From contig MFNO01000016.1 in assembly GCA_001782075.1 (NCBI GenBank), forward strand, positions 5,600 to 69,599: a stretch of DNA of 64,000 nucleotides, written 5' to 3'. The position numbers and the translations under genes were made by a program. Under the pieces are notes generated by a model. The model was not told the DNA's origin. It saw only the letters and a program-made list of their open reading frames with translations, and did not search any database. The DNA is from Candidatus Levybacteria bacterium RIFCSPHIGHO2_01_FULL_38_26 (GTDB lineage: Bacteria; Patescibacteriota; Microgenomatia; Levybacterales; UBA12049). Below are positions 48,850 to 58,921 of the stretch, piece by piece; the first letter of the stretch is position 1; each line of letters begins with the position of its first letter.

Positions 48850-49647
48850 ATTTGAACCCTCATTATCCTCTCCAATAATAATAGTAATATCGCCTACCAA
48901 CTCTCTATCAACTCGGGATAATTTAAAACCAAATATGCGATTGAGTCTTTCAACGGTGTATGTTTTCTCTCCATTGTATAAAATTTCAGACTTTTTGCGC
49001 GGAATATTCTCTGTTGAGATTTGAACAACTTTTCCCCCCATATTTTTAACAAATCTTCCAACTTGTAAGCCTAAACCACTCACAGAAGTTGTGTTAATAA
49101 TTACAACTGACTGATTTTCCTTTTCCAATCTCTGGTCAAAAAAAAGATTACCTAAAATTTTGTCTGCAGCATCGCGATCAAGCGCGGTTGATATTTCTCG
49201 AATTTCAACATTTTTTGAGGAAACTGTCTTTGAAGCCCAAAATAACCTTAGAGTATCTATAATGGTAAGATCAGTTTTTATATTTCCGAAATTTAAAAAA
49301 AATGTTGATGTTAAACCTGATACGTCATTGTTAAAATCTAAGAATTCTGCCTCTACAAATCCATCTATAGGCAAAGCCAAAAACACACTGGCGTTCAACT
49401 TTTTTATCTCCCCATTTAAATTCAAGACAGATATGGAGTCAGAGTTGGGAGAAAATGACACAACTTTGAGATTTTTGCTATTAGAAACGCTTATATTAAA
49501 GCGGTTGATTCCATCAAACCTGCTCTGCCCCATTATCTGAATCAACTTAAAAATAAAAGAAAATAAAACTATCAAGCAAACAAAAATCACAAATAAAACA
49601 GCAATTTTTGTGTTGTGTTTTTCTGCTTTTTGTTTTCTTGTCCTCAT
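48841..49647 (-). CDS. Membrane-anchored LytR C-terminal domain protein
   Basis: N-terminal TM; IINTTSVSGLG...DITIIIGED. Confidence 0.7.
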   Translation of the reverse strand: MRTRKQKAEKHNTKIAVLFVIFVCLIVLFSFIFKLIQIMGQSRFDGINRFNISVSNSKNLKVVSFSPNSDSISVLNLNGEIKKLNASVFLALPIDGFVEAEFLDFNNDVSGLTSTFFLNFGNIKTDLTIIDTLRLFWASKTVSSKNVEIREISTALDRDAADKILGNLFFDQRLEKENQSVVIINTTSVSGLGLQVGRFVKNMGGKVVQISTENIPRKKSEILYNGEKTYTVERLNRIFGFKLSRVDRELVGDITIIIGEDNEGSNLF

Positions 49648-49692
49648 TATTTGTGGCTTGTCCGCCGATAATAGGTAAGGCGAATGCTGAAA

Positions 49693-49830
49693 TCAGGCGG
49701 GCTTTTTCTTTGTGATGATCTCAGGCATTGTTAAAACTGGAGCACCAAATCCCGAAGAAGATGCTTCTTTGGCTTCGCCTTTTTTCTTTTTTTTCTTCTC
49801 TCCCTTATAAAATCCACCGTAGCTTCCCAT
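49693..49830 (-). CDS. Small basic protein (45 aa), absent from ORF track
   Basis: MGSYGGFYKGEKKKKKKGEAKEASSSGFGAPVLTMPEIITKKKPA; AAAGGTGGTGA SD-like site and upstream TATAAT. Confidence 0.7.
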   Translation of the reverse strand: MGSYGGFYKGEKKKKKKGEAKEASSSGFGAPVLTMPEIITKKKPA

Positions 49831-49883
49831 ATTCTCACCACCTTTTTTAGGATAAAAGTATTATATCTTATCTACTCCACAAA

Positions 49884-50633
49884 TCAAGAATTAAGTTTTT
49901 TTAAAAACTGATTAAGCTCTTCTGGCAAAGGAGATTCAAATAGCAACTCTTTCTTGGATGTTGGATGCGCAAAAACTATCATTGACGCATGAAGAAATAT
50001 TCTCCCGAGAATTTTTCTATCGTTTCTTGATGTTTTACGCCCCCCGTACAATGGATCCGAAAAAATTGGCCTATTTATATATTTCAAATGTACTCTGATC
50101 TGATGAGTTCTTCCTGTCTTAGGATACAACTCCAACAATGTCAGCGGCTCTTTCTTTCCATGAGATTCAAATTCCAATTCTTTCAAAAATTTAAGATTGG
50201 TTACGGACTCACGTCCTCCGGATAGAACTCCAAATCTTTTTCTATTCCAAGGAAGTCTTCCAACGGGTACATTTATTTCACCCTCTTCAGAATCAATCTT
50301 ACCGTGTACAAGCGCTGTGTATGTCTTTTTAACAACCCGCTCCCTAAACTGTCTTTGCAGATCTAAAAAGGAATCAGGATTTTTTGCGACCAAAAGAATT
50401 CCCGAAGTCTCCTTGTCAAGCCTATGCACTATCCCTGCTCTATTATAAAAATCCAATCCTCCGCCAACTCTGAATTCTGAATTCTGAATTCTGAATTTAT
50501 TTTCCACCCATTCCTGAACCGTCCTCTCCCCTCCTGTAGTATCTGATTTATTCACAATCATCCCCGAAGGCTTATCCAAAACCAAAATATCACTATCCTG
50601 AAAAATAACCCTTGGTTCCATCTGGCGTATCAT
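49884..50633 (-). CDS. RluA/RluD-family pseudouridine synthase
   Basis: DKPSG, GIVHRLDKETSG, TGRTHQIRVH, FLHA. Confidence 0.93.
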   Translation of the reverse strand: MIRQMEPRVIFQDSDILVLDKPSGMIVNKSDTTGGERTVQEWVENKFRIQNSEFRVGGGLDFYNRAGIVHRLDKETSGILLVAKNPDSFLDLQRQFRERVVKKTYTALVHGKIDSEEGEINVPVGRLPWNRKRFGVLSGGRESVTNLKFLKELEFESHGKKEPLTLLELYPKTGRTHQIRVHLKYINRPIFSDPLYGGRKTSRNDRKILGRIFLHASMIVFAHPTSKKELLFESPLPEELNQFLKKLNS

Positions 50634-50653
50634 ACCACAACGATTTATAAAGG

Positions 50654-51373
50654 CTATCGCCTTAATTTATCTACCGCTCTCAAATTTTTTCTAACTTTTG
50701 CCAACAACTTCTCCTGTCTGAAAAGAAAAACTGCTGATGTATAAAGGATGAGGATTAAAACCAAGTCCTCAATTCCGAGTCTTAGCTTGTCCCCTTCTCT
50801 AACAAGGATATTATCCGCCAAAAAAGTGACAGAAAAAAAGATTAGAAATAAAAACCCAAGAGTTCCGTCTTTGAATCTTGCGCTTGTCATTTTTGGCAAG
50901 AGAAATTTAAGAAAAAAACCCAGTTCAATAACATGAATCATAAATAGAGCGACAGACCGCTGTGAAAAAACATCTCCCGAGAATCCAAAATAGCCCAAGA
51001 TTCCAAATGGCAGGCTGCACAAAGCAGATATAGAAAATATGTCAAAAAGCCGTCCGGTCGGAAGCTTCTTAAACCTTGATAGCATCAGCAAAAACAACGC
51101 TGCTCCTCCCACTCCACCCACAAGAGATAGCCCTGGAAAATATGGGAAAAGAAAAAATACAAATGGGTTCAGAAAACTAAAGCTGGGGTTAGATACCGCG
51201 TATAAAACCCTGGCGGCAAATAAAGACGCTGCAAGCAAAACAAAAGCGATATTAAAAACATTCTCTGTCGTCACGTCTTTTCGGATCAAAACGAAATCAT
51301 CACGAGAAAGAAGATATACAGGAAAAAGGAAGATAAAAAAACACGCAAAAACAACCAAAATAAAAAATTGCAT
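50654..51373 (-). CDS. Prolipoprotein diacylglyceryl transferase-like membrane protein
   Basis: AARVLY, GLSLVGGVGG, FDIFS...PFGILGYF; divergent Lgt pattern. Confidence 0.6.
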   Translation of the reverse strand: MQFFILVVFACFFIFLFPVYLLSRDDFVLIRKDVTTENVFNIAFVLLAASLFAARVLYAVSNPSFSFLNPFVFFLFPYFPGLSLVGGVGGAALFLLMLSRFKKLPTGRLFDIFSISALCSLPFGILGYFGFSGDVFSQRSVALFMIHVIELGFFLKFLLPKMTSARFKDGTLGFLFLIFFSVTFLADNILVREGDKLRLGIEDLVLILILYTSAVFLFRQEKLLAKVRKNLRAVDKLRR

Positions 51374-51380
51374 ACGTTTT

Positions 51381-52604
51381 TCAGGTAAAAACAGAAATAA
51401 AAATACTCAAAGCTATCATCAAGACTCCTGAAACAGCCACAACCGTTCCCACACCAAAAAGGTCAGCAAACCCTCCGGCAAGAACTACCGGAAGAAAAGA
51501 CACTGTCCCGCTTGTAGCATTTAAAAGACCATAAATTCTTCCCCTCAAATTCTCACTTGTCTCAACCTGAATAGTAGCATGACCGGAGATAAAAACCAAA
51601 GATACGGCAAATCCAACCAGCATAGATAAGACAAACGTTGTGGGAAGAGCCGATGCTATATTTCGAACATGCGGGAAGATTAGAAATATTATTCCCGAAA
51701 GCACAAATCCAATTGCTGAGAGCCACTTAAATTCCAATCTCTTGCCAATTCCTCCAAGAAAAAAACTGCCCGCACCCACTCCCAAAACAGCAGGCGCTAT
51801 AACAAGAAGAGAAAGGTTCTCGATCTGGACATTAAGAACAGTCGAGACATATCCGGGTCCTAAAACGGCAAATATAAAAATTATCGCCTGGGCAATTGTC
51901 AAAACCACAAACGCTCGCACAACTTTTGAAGCTTTTTTTATAAAGGGCAGGATTTCGTTTAGTTCCTTAAAAAAAGAAACATTCGAATCTTTTAATCTAA
52001 CAGAAGGATAGGAAGGTTTTAAAAGAAAAATAAAAAAAGTTCCGAGCAAAAAAAGGGAAGCAATGTACATTATAGTATATTCTCTTCCCCACAAAAGCAA
52101 AAAAGGTCCCGCAAGAATATATCCCAAAAACATACTTACGTATGTAGCCATATACAAAATTGAGTTTGCTGATATTATGAGATTTTTTGGAACTAGGTTT
52201 GGAACTATAGCGGAGGATGCTGGAAGAAAAAACTGAGTCACAATTGCTACAAAAAACGTAATAACATAAATAAATCCAACATGAAGATCGGCAATCATAA
52301 GGGGCAGGATCAATATTCCCCGAATCAGATTGGCAAAAAATAAAATCTTTCTTTTATCCCATCTGTCAACTTGAACTCCAGAGATAACACTAAGCAAAAC
52401 CGCGGGAATCGTAAAAGAAAGAATTAGACCAGAGACAGAAACACTTGATCTAGTCAAGCCAAAAACTATAAGAATCAAAACAAAGTTCTGCATATTAAAC
52501 GCTAGCTGGGAGAAAAACTGGGAGACAATCATAAGAAGAAAAGGTCTAACGCGGATAACTTGAAGAATATCATTACCGATAATTGCCTTTTTGACAACCT
52601 CCAT
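51381..52604 (-). CDS. MFS transporter
   Basis: GVQVDRWDKRK motif A, LRGRIYG, about 12 TM. Confidence 0.9.
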   Translation of the reverse strand: MEVVKKAIIGNDILQVIRVRPFLLMIVSQFFSQLAFNMQNFVLILIVFGLTRSSVSVSGLILSFTIPAVLLSVISGVQVDRWDKRKILFFANLIRGILILPLMIADLHVGFIYVITFFVAIVTQFFLPASSAIVPNLVPKNLIISANSILYMATYVSMFLGYILAGPFLLLWGREYTIMYIASLFLLGTFFIFLLKPSYPSVRLKDSNVSFFKELNEILPFIKKASKVVRAFVVLTIAQAIIFIFAVLGPGYVSTVLNVQIENLSLLVIAPAVLGVGAGSFFLGGIGKRLEFKWLSAIGFVLSGIIFLIFPHVRNIASALPTTFVLSMLVGFAVSLVFISGHATIQVETSENLRGRIYGLLNATSGTVSFLPVVLAGGFADLFGVGTVVAVSGVLMIALSIFISVFT

Positions 52605-52607
52605 CTT

Positions 52608-53162
52608 TTACGCCTTCTCCGTATATTCACCTGTCCTGGTGTCTATACGGACAGTATCTCCAGCATCCACGAAAAGTGGAACCTTTGTTTTGAGTCCATT
52701 TTCTAAGACCGCGTCCTTAAAGATATTGGTTGCGGAATTTCCTCTCACCCCTGGTCCCGTTTCTGCTACTTTAAGATCAATTTTGGGAGGAAGATTGAGA
52801 AAAAGCGCCTCGTCTTCCAAAAAACTTATTGAAAACCTCTCGCCCTCTTTCAAAAATTCATGTCCAGCAAGCGTTTTTAAGGAAAAATCAAGCTGTTCAT
52901 ATATCTGTGGGTCCATAAAATAAGCTTTATCATCATCTATGTAAAGAAACTGAAGATCTTTCTTGGAAATTTGAACACTGTTTACCTTCGCTCCGTTTAT
53001 AAAGCTTTTTTCTGTTATCGCGCCGCTTCTTAGATTCCGCAGTTTAACTCTAATATTGGCGCTTCCCCTCCCCATCTTGATGTGATCGTAAGAAAGTACT
53101 TGGAAGATTTGCCCCTCGTCTTCAAAAACCGTACCGTTTCTAAGGTCTGCGACACTAACCAT
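52608..53162 (-). CDS. efp: Elongation factor P
   Basis: KMGRG loop, YFMD...YEQ, PGVRGNS, VPLFV, IDTRTGEY. Confidence 0.96.
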   Translation of the reverse strand: MVSVADLRNGTVFEDEGQIFQVLSYDHIKMGRGSANIRVKLRNLRSGAITEKSFINGAKVNSVQISKKDLQFLYIDDDKAYFMDPQIYEQLDFSLKTLAGHEFLKEGERFSISFLEDEALFLNLPPKIDLKVAETGPGVRGNSATNIFKDAVLENGLKTKVPLFVDAGDTVRIDTRTGEYTEKA

Positions 53163-55728
53163 AGACCTTTATCTTATCAGTTTTGTTCTTTTTACACCAG
53201 TCTCTGATAGTCTTTTTGTCACGCGAAAGCCAGAGAGCATTTGAGTAAATCTGTTCTACCGCCTGAGCAATTGATCTTTGTGCCTCAGGAAGCGGATGTT
53301 TTTTTACAAAAGAAGTAATATCCTTGGCATCTGAAACTTTTGTAAAATCCGAAGCAGAAGTAAAAACTCTGGAAAAATAATGTCCGCCCGCGTACCGATC
53401 TTTGAAAAACTGCCAATGTTTTTTCACAAACTCCCAAGCAATATACCTGCCTTGTGGATTTGACCACACAGATGCAACTATCTGGAGAGTGTTTTGATAT
53501 CGAACATGCTTGGAAATCGCGAAATCCAAAGTTTTTGCCAGTAAATTATCTTCTGTAAACCTTCCCATTGATATTCCAATTCTATCTCTCTCTTGCTGAT
53601 TTTCTTCTTTTTTATACATAAAAATAAGTTTGTCAAATTCTTTCTGGTCCCCATTTTCAGCAACCAATTGGTAAACAGCACCTCTTAGATCAGGATCGAT
53701 CTTGTTGTTTTTAATTGTCGCGAAGAGTTCCTGTGCTTTAATAATCGTCTCTTTATCTCCATATGACCCCAGTTTATGTAACGCAACTCCTCGCAATAAC
53801 CCGTCTGTATACTTCTCTCCACTTTTTTTCGCCCAACCTAAAGAATGCGCAATTTTTCGGTATACTTGCCCCAACCTTCTTTTATAATCCCCATAAAAAG
53901 ACTCAAGCGCCAAAAGGCTATCTAATTGATTTATATGCCTGGTGATTTCCAACCAAACTGTGTAATCTTTTTCGTCTTTATAAGACTCTACCAAATCAAG
54001 AGCAAGTGATGTCGGACTGCCGCCTGATTGCGCGAGAGCAAAGGTGTCCCTAAGTAGCCCAAGCCTATCCGAAGGTTCAAGTTTTTTACCGCTAATCCCC
54101 TTCTCTAACTGTCTTAAGTAGTTTTTTGGGTAATCTATTCGGACAAAACTCGTCTCGCCTTTATTTAGCTTGGCAAAGTTTTTCGGCTTGGCTATCGAGA
54201 TAAATTTTTTATCCATCAGAATTTGTTTCTTGCCTATTCTAAGGGGAATTGACCAAACTGTTTTGTTGTCATGGCTTTCTCTTTTTGAAATTGGGCTTGA
54301 GAAAAATCTGTCTTGTCTAATCTTCAACGTTGTCTTACTCTCTGAAACAGCAACAACAGGATGACCTGCTTTTGAAGTCCAATTTTTCATTATCTTTCCA
54401 ACCGGCTTTTTAGAAACTTTCTCCAAAGATGCCCACAAATCCTCGGTCTGTGCGTTTGAATAAGCATGGGTTTTTAAATAATGCTGCAAGCCTTTTTGAA
54501 AATCGCGCGCCCCTAGGTATTTGTGGAGCATTCGCAGAATCGATGCGCCTTTGGAATACGAAACTTTGTCAAAAATCTCACTAATCTGCGCTGGATGGCC
54601 CACCTCTACTTCGATAGGATGCGTGTTGTTTAATGCGTCAAGGTGAAGAGCCGTACCCATTTCGCTTGATACAAATTGCGTCCAGATATCCCAATCTGGA
54701 AATATATGATCTATTGCCAGATATTCGATAAAAGAGGCAAATCCTTCATTTAACCACAAATGAGTCCACCACTCCATTGTTACCAAATTCCCAAACCACT
54801 GATGCGCCAATTCATGGGCAATAACCAAAGCCACCCATTGCCTGTTGGCAACCGACGACTTCTCCTCATCAACCAAAATAGTCGATTCCCTATAAGTAAC
54901 CGCTCCCCAATTCTCCATAGCTCCCGCGCTAAAGTCGGGAATGGCAATCATATCCAAAACCGCCAAAGGATATGGAATTTTAAAATAATCATGGTAAAAC
55001 TCCATAGATTTTATCCCGACATGAAGCGCAAATTTTGCCTGCTCTTTTTTCCCGGGAGTTGTAAATACTCTAACGAGAACTCCATCCCTGGTCTTGCCTT
55101 CGATATGCTCAAACTCTCCCACTATAAAAGCCAAAAGGTATGTTGACATTTTTGGCGTTGGCTCAAACTCTACAATTTTGTAGCCTGATTCGTGCTCTGA
55201 AACTTCTGACTCAATGGTATTTGAAATTGCTACGGTATGACTGGGTATCATAAGGGTAACGTCAAAAATTGCTTTTTGTGATGGCTCATCAAAAGACGGA
55301 AAAGCCCGTCTCGCATCTGTTGATTCAAACTGGGTTGTCGCCAGATGTTTTATCTTCCCATCAACTGTATACGCGCTTCTATAAAATCCCCGCATTTTGT
55401 CGTTTAGTTTACCGCTAAACTTGAGTTTTAGCTCGCCTTTTCCTTTCTGTAGTTTTTTGGGGAATGTAAATACAGCTGTTTCGGCATCTTTATTATAAGA
55501 AATTTTTCCTGCCCAAACTTCCTTTTTGCCATGAAAAAACTCAGCGCTTTGAATATCAAGCTCTGCGGCATGAAGATTAATAATATTATCAGATTTGTCT
55601 AAAGCTAATTGAATTGACTCCTCACCCCAGAAAGAAAAGTTTTCAAAGTTTGGCCTCAAGATTATTTTGTAGCGAAGCGGCTTTATGTGAGCAGGCAGAC
55701 GATGACTATTTTTTTGCTTTTTTGCCAT
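53155..55728 (-). CDS. pepN: M1 aminopeptidase with ERAP1-like C-terminus
   Basis: TQFESTDARRAFP, GAMENWG, HELAHQWFG...WLNEGFA, YSKGA. Confidence 0.95.
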   Translation of the reverse strand: MAKKQKNSHRLPAHIKPLRYKIILRPNFENFSFWGEESIQLALDKSDNIINLHAAELDIQSAEFFHGKKEVWAGKISYNKDAETAVFTFPKKLQKGKGELKLKFSGKLNDKMRGFYRSAYTVDGKIKHLATTQFESTDARRAFPSFDEPSQKAIFDVTLMIPSHTVAISNTIESEVSEHESGYKIVEFEPTPKMSTYLLAFIVGEFEHIEGKTRDGVLVRVFTTPGKKEQAKFALHVGIKSMEFYHDYFKIPYPLAVLDMIAIPDFSAGAMENWGAVTYRESTILVDEEKSSVANRQWVALVIAHELAHQWFGNLVTMEWWTHLWLNEGFASFIEYLAIDHIFPDWDIWTQFVSSEMGTALHLDALNNTHPIEVEVGHPAQISEIFDKVSYSKGASILRMLHKYLGARDFQKGLQHYLKTHAYSNAQTEDLWASLEKVSKKPVGKIMKNWTSKAGHPVVAVSESKTTLKIRQDRFFSSPISKRESHDNKTVWSIPLRIGKKQILMDKKFISIAKPKNFAKLNKGETSFVRIDYPKNYLRQLEKGISGKKLEPSDRLGLLRDTFALAQSGGSPTSLALDLVESYKDEKDYTVWLEITRHINQLDSLLALESFYGDYKRRLGQVYRKIAHSLGWAKKSGEKYTDGLLRGVALHKLGSYGDKETIIKAQELFATIKNNKIDPDLRGAVYQLVAENGDQKEFDKLIFMYKKEENQQERDRIGISMGRFTEDNLLAKTLDFAISKHVRYQNTLQIVASVWSNPQGRYIAWEFVKKHWQFFKDRYAGGHYFSRVFTSASDFTKVSDAKDITSFVKKHPLPEAQRSIAQAVEQIYSNALWLSRDKKTIRDWCKKNKTDKIKVYG

Positions 55729-55800
55729 AATTTTCTTGAAAGAAGACAGATGAAAGTATATAATAAGAGTTGTAAAAACGCAATTTTAAAATAAGAAACT

Positions 55801-55884
55801 GGCGCGGTGATGGAACGGTAGACATGCAAGTCTCAAAAACTTGTGAAGGTAAACTTCATGAGAGTTCGAATCTCTCCCGCGCCA
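55801..55884 (+). tRNA. tRNA-Leu(CAA)
   Basis: Acceptor GGCGCGG/CCGCGCC, anticodon stem CAAGT/ACTTG with CAA at 55834-55836, long variable arm, GAGAG-TTCGAAT-CTCTC; CCA not encoded. Confidence 0.95.
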
Positions 55885-55901
55885 CTAAAATGTGTTCGCT
55901 T

Positions 55902-57431
55902 TTAAAAAGCCGGGGAGGCAACGAAATTTTCTAGCACTTCGATTCTTTTTTTCATATCTTTTATCATTTCGTCCGAGATACTTGGGGATTCTGACAGGCT
56001 TCTTACAAAACCGCTATCCATTGCCTCTTCTATTTCTCGAATTTCCCAAATATGCATTTGGGGATCAAAGCTTTCATTATACCTCTGCGTAGACGTTTCT
56101 TTTAGCGCTGGGTATTTATTGATTACTCTGCTATAAATAGTTGAAAAATGCTGAGCTATGTCTCTTTGATCTCCTGAAATCTCTAAGTTCATTGGCAATC
56201 CTTTTGCTTTAGAAAAAAGTTGGAAAGACCTCTCATTTTTTTCAGTTACTTCCTGTTGTTTTTTCGCCCTTTCTTGCTCTTCAGGGGATAATGTGGGAGC
56301 AATAGACGTTTCTGGAGATGTCGATGACAACATTATTTTTTCAGCTTTATTTCTTTTTAGAATTTCATCACTCGGTTTACTTATTGATTCTGCGATGTCA
56401 GACATATTTGAATTATCCGCTATTGCTGAAATAACTTCTGTAATTCCGCTTATAACGTCACTGTTGTACTGAATTTTGTCCTGATACAATAAACCATATT
56501 TGAACATCTCAGCATAAATCTCACGACAAGCGGCCTCCATTCTTTGCTGATATTCTTCTTTTAAGTCGCCTTCAAATCTAATTTCACCACATCTAAGAAG
56601 TGCTATCAATCTCTCTCCAATTTCTTTACAAACTGCCTTGTTGTATTTTATATTATTAGAGTTTTCCCCTATTTCCCTAGCAATCCTATCGACTTCGTTT
56701 CTAACTTCTGTTATATTTTTGTCATCAACAATTGATGTCTTTTGGTCACCAACCATAAAACGCCCAACCATTTCTCCTACAGACCTTTTTACCATGGGCA
56801 GCATCAAATCTCTTGAATGATTGAGAAATTGGTCTGGAACAGAAAAAGCTTGCGATAAAGCTCTCCATTTCCCGTGTTCCACACGAACTAGTATTTCCGA
56901 AGGATAACTAGCTCCAACCGCAGGATCAGATCCATACCCACAAGCTTCATGTAATGCGTAGTCTGTAAACTCCTTTTCCAAAGGGATACTGTGCGCAGAA
57001 TCGGATATATTGCAAAATCGACTACCTCCATCAAAACTCATCCCATAAGGATGCTGAGGATGTGGTTTAGACCCTTTAACAATACGGGTAGCGTTGTTCC
57101 CGAATACTATTTGAATTACCTCAAAAGTTCTCATGGAATAGGATTTATTTTTTTCTGGCAGAGCGTCGACATAATCAGCTGGGCTGCCTGACCACTGCTC
57201 TTGTTTTCGTAAACCAGGCTGAATCTCATCCGGCAGTCCCTCCAATCCAAGGGATTCACGAAAAGAGGTGATTTCCGATAGCATCTTTGCTTCTTCCTCA
57301 GGTAAACCAATCAGCTCACCTTTCTCTGTAGCCCAATCTATTTTCATGCCAACCAGTGCTGATCCGCCAATACAAAGCGCAAGCTTAATGAAGTCTCTTC
57401 TGGATATGCCATTTTGCCGTTGCTCAATCAT
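55902..57431 (-). CDS. Orphan protein with twin-arginine-like N-terminus
   Basis: ISRRDFIKLALCIGGSALVG. Confidence 0.75.
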   Translation of the reverse strand: MIEQRQNGISRRDFIKLALCIGGSALVGMKIDWATEKGELIGLPEEEAKMLSEITSFRESLGLEGLPDEIQPGLRKQEQWSGSPADYVDALPEKNKSYSMRTFEVIQIVFGNNATRIVKGSKPHPQHPYGMSFDGGSRFCNISDSAHSIPLEKEFTDYALHEACGYGSDPAVGASYPSEILVRVEHGKWRALSQAFSVPDQFLNHSRDLMLPMVKRSVGEMVGRFMVGDQKTSIVDDKNITEVRNEVDRIAREIGENSNNIKYNKAVCKEIGERLIALLRCGEIRFEGDLKEEYQQRMEAACREIYAEMFKYGLLYQDKIQYNSDVISGITEVISAIADNSNMSDIAESISKPSDEILKRNKAEKIMLSSTSPETSIAPTLSPEEQERAKKQQEVTEKNERSFQLFSKAKGLPMNLEISGDQRDIAQHFSTIYSRVINKYPALKETSTQRYNESFDPQMHIWEIREIEEAMDSGFVRSLSESPSISDEMIKDMKKRIEVLENFVASPAF

Positions 57432-57435
57432 ATAT

Positions 57436-58914
57436 TCAACTTTTTCTTCTCCGTCTCTCCAGCCAATGCAGAGACCTTCTGCTTATTCTTATCAGAAGAT
57501 AAGGGGACAAATGCAGCCTAGGCAATCCCAAATGCGAAGACTCTTGCGAATCTGCTTCTTTTTGTCTTTTCAAAAGAAAAGTAAGAATTGGAGGTGTTAA
57601 TAGAGTTGAGAAAATTACCATAACTACTATAACAGAGAAGACTTCATCGGATACAACACCAAGGCCTCTTCCTATTGTAGCAAATATCAAGCCTACCTCT
57701 CCTCTGGGGATCATGCCAAAGCCAACAATGAGTTTGTTGGCGGATCCCGCGGCAAGTCCTGCAACAAGCTTTCCTAAAAACGCCACCACAGTAATCCCCA
57801 ATGCTGTTAATAAAATCGAAGGATTAAACATCGTATCAAGTCTCACGCTCATCCCCGTCATCACGAAAAATATTGGCACTAGCAAAAAAGCCACCGGCTC
57901 TATCAAATCTTCAATATGTCTGTAGGAATATCTTTCAACAGCCTGGAAAATTTTCTCACGTGTCTTGGAATTGACCCCTTTTACAGCACTTCTTATATCC
58001 CTTACAATCTGAGGATCTCTAAAGAATCGAAAGTGTACTGGATCCAAAACCAAACCAGCCGCAAACGCTCCGACAATAGGAGCAAGTCCTATCATCTGAG
58101 CAGCAAACGCCGCAAATAATCCAATACTGATTGCCAAACTAAATTTCATCCCAACCCCTGTATTGATCTTTGAAAATAATTTCCCAAGCCGTGGCGCGAA
58201 GATTTGTCCCAAAATAATTGATCCTGCTAGAAAAAGAAAAGACTTTGCTGTTATTAATCCTATTGTTGCCGGACTGACAGATCCAGACGTCGCTATTGCC
58301 GAAACAACAGCAAGAATAATAAGACCAAAAACATCATCGATTACAGCCGCCCCCAAGACAATCTGAGCCTCAGGACTCCTAAGCTTACCGAGGTCTTTAA
58401 ATACTCTTGCAGTTATACCAACTGACGTAGCTGTCAAGGCAGCGCCCAAGAAAAGATAAGCATTGGGATCAAGATTAGGAAGAAGCAAAGGACCCACTAT
58501 ATAAGTGCCCAGTACAAAAGGCACGACAACTCCAATGCACGCGACCAGCAAAGCAGGAATTCCTACCCTGCGCATATCTTTGATATTGGACTCCAAACCT
58601 ATTTGGAAAAGCAGGATTACCACTCCAAGTTCCGCGAGAAATAATATAATAGAATCTGTCTTGACTTGCTCAAAAAAATTGATCCCTAAAATAGCCAGAT
58701 TCCCCAGGATTACACCTGCAACAAGCTCACCAAGAACGGAGGGTTGTCCAAATTTCTCCACAAGACTTGCCGCCTTTGCCACCAAAAGCAAAATCGCTAT
58801 CCATAGAAATGTAACTGCCGCGCTCCCATGAGAAGCTTCTTCTGCCCCGGAAGCTAACACGTCGCCTGCTAAGCCAAAAAATAACCCTCCAACTAGAAGG
58901 GTGCTTACTATCAT
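57436..58914 (-). CDS. CPA2 cation/H+ antiporter
   Basis: GELVAGVILG, ATSVGIT, AAVIDD, GAFAAG, MIPRGEVGL. Confidence 0.92.
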   Translation of the reverse strand: MIVSTLLVGGLFFGLAGDVLASGAEEASHGSAAVTFLWIAILLLVAKAASLVEKFGQPSVLGELVAGVILGNLAILGINFFEQVKTDSIILFLAELGVVILLFQIGLESNIKDMRRVGIPALLVACIGVVVPFVLGTYIVGPLLLPNLDPNAYLFLGAALTATSVGITARVFKDLGKLRSPEAQIVLGAAVIDDVFGLIILAVVSAIATSGSVSPATIGLITAKSFLFLAGSIILGQIFAPRLGKLFSKINTGVGMKFSLAISIGLFAAFAAQMIGLAPIVGAFAAGLVLDPVHFRFFRDPQIVRDIRSAVKGVNSKTREKIFQAVERYSYRHIEDLIEPVAFLLVPIFFVMTGMSVRLDTMFNPSILLTALGITVVAFLGKLVAGLAAGSANKLIVGFGMIPRGEVGLIFATIGRGLGVVSDEVFSVIVVMVIFSTLLTPPILTFLLKRQKEADSQESSHLGLPRLHLSPYLLIRISRRSLHWLERRRRKS

Positions 58915-58921
58915 CTTGAAA

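Noticed and set aside
55801-57431. Genomic island integrated at tRNA-Leu
   Set aside because: No duplicated tRNA 3' end and no integrase found
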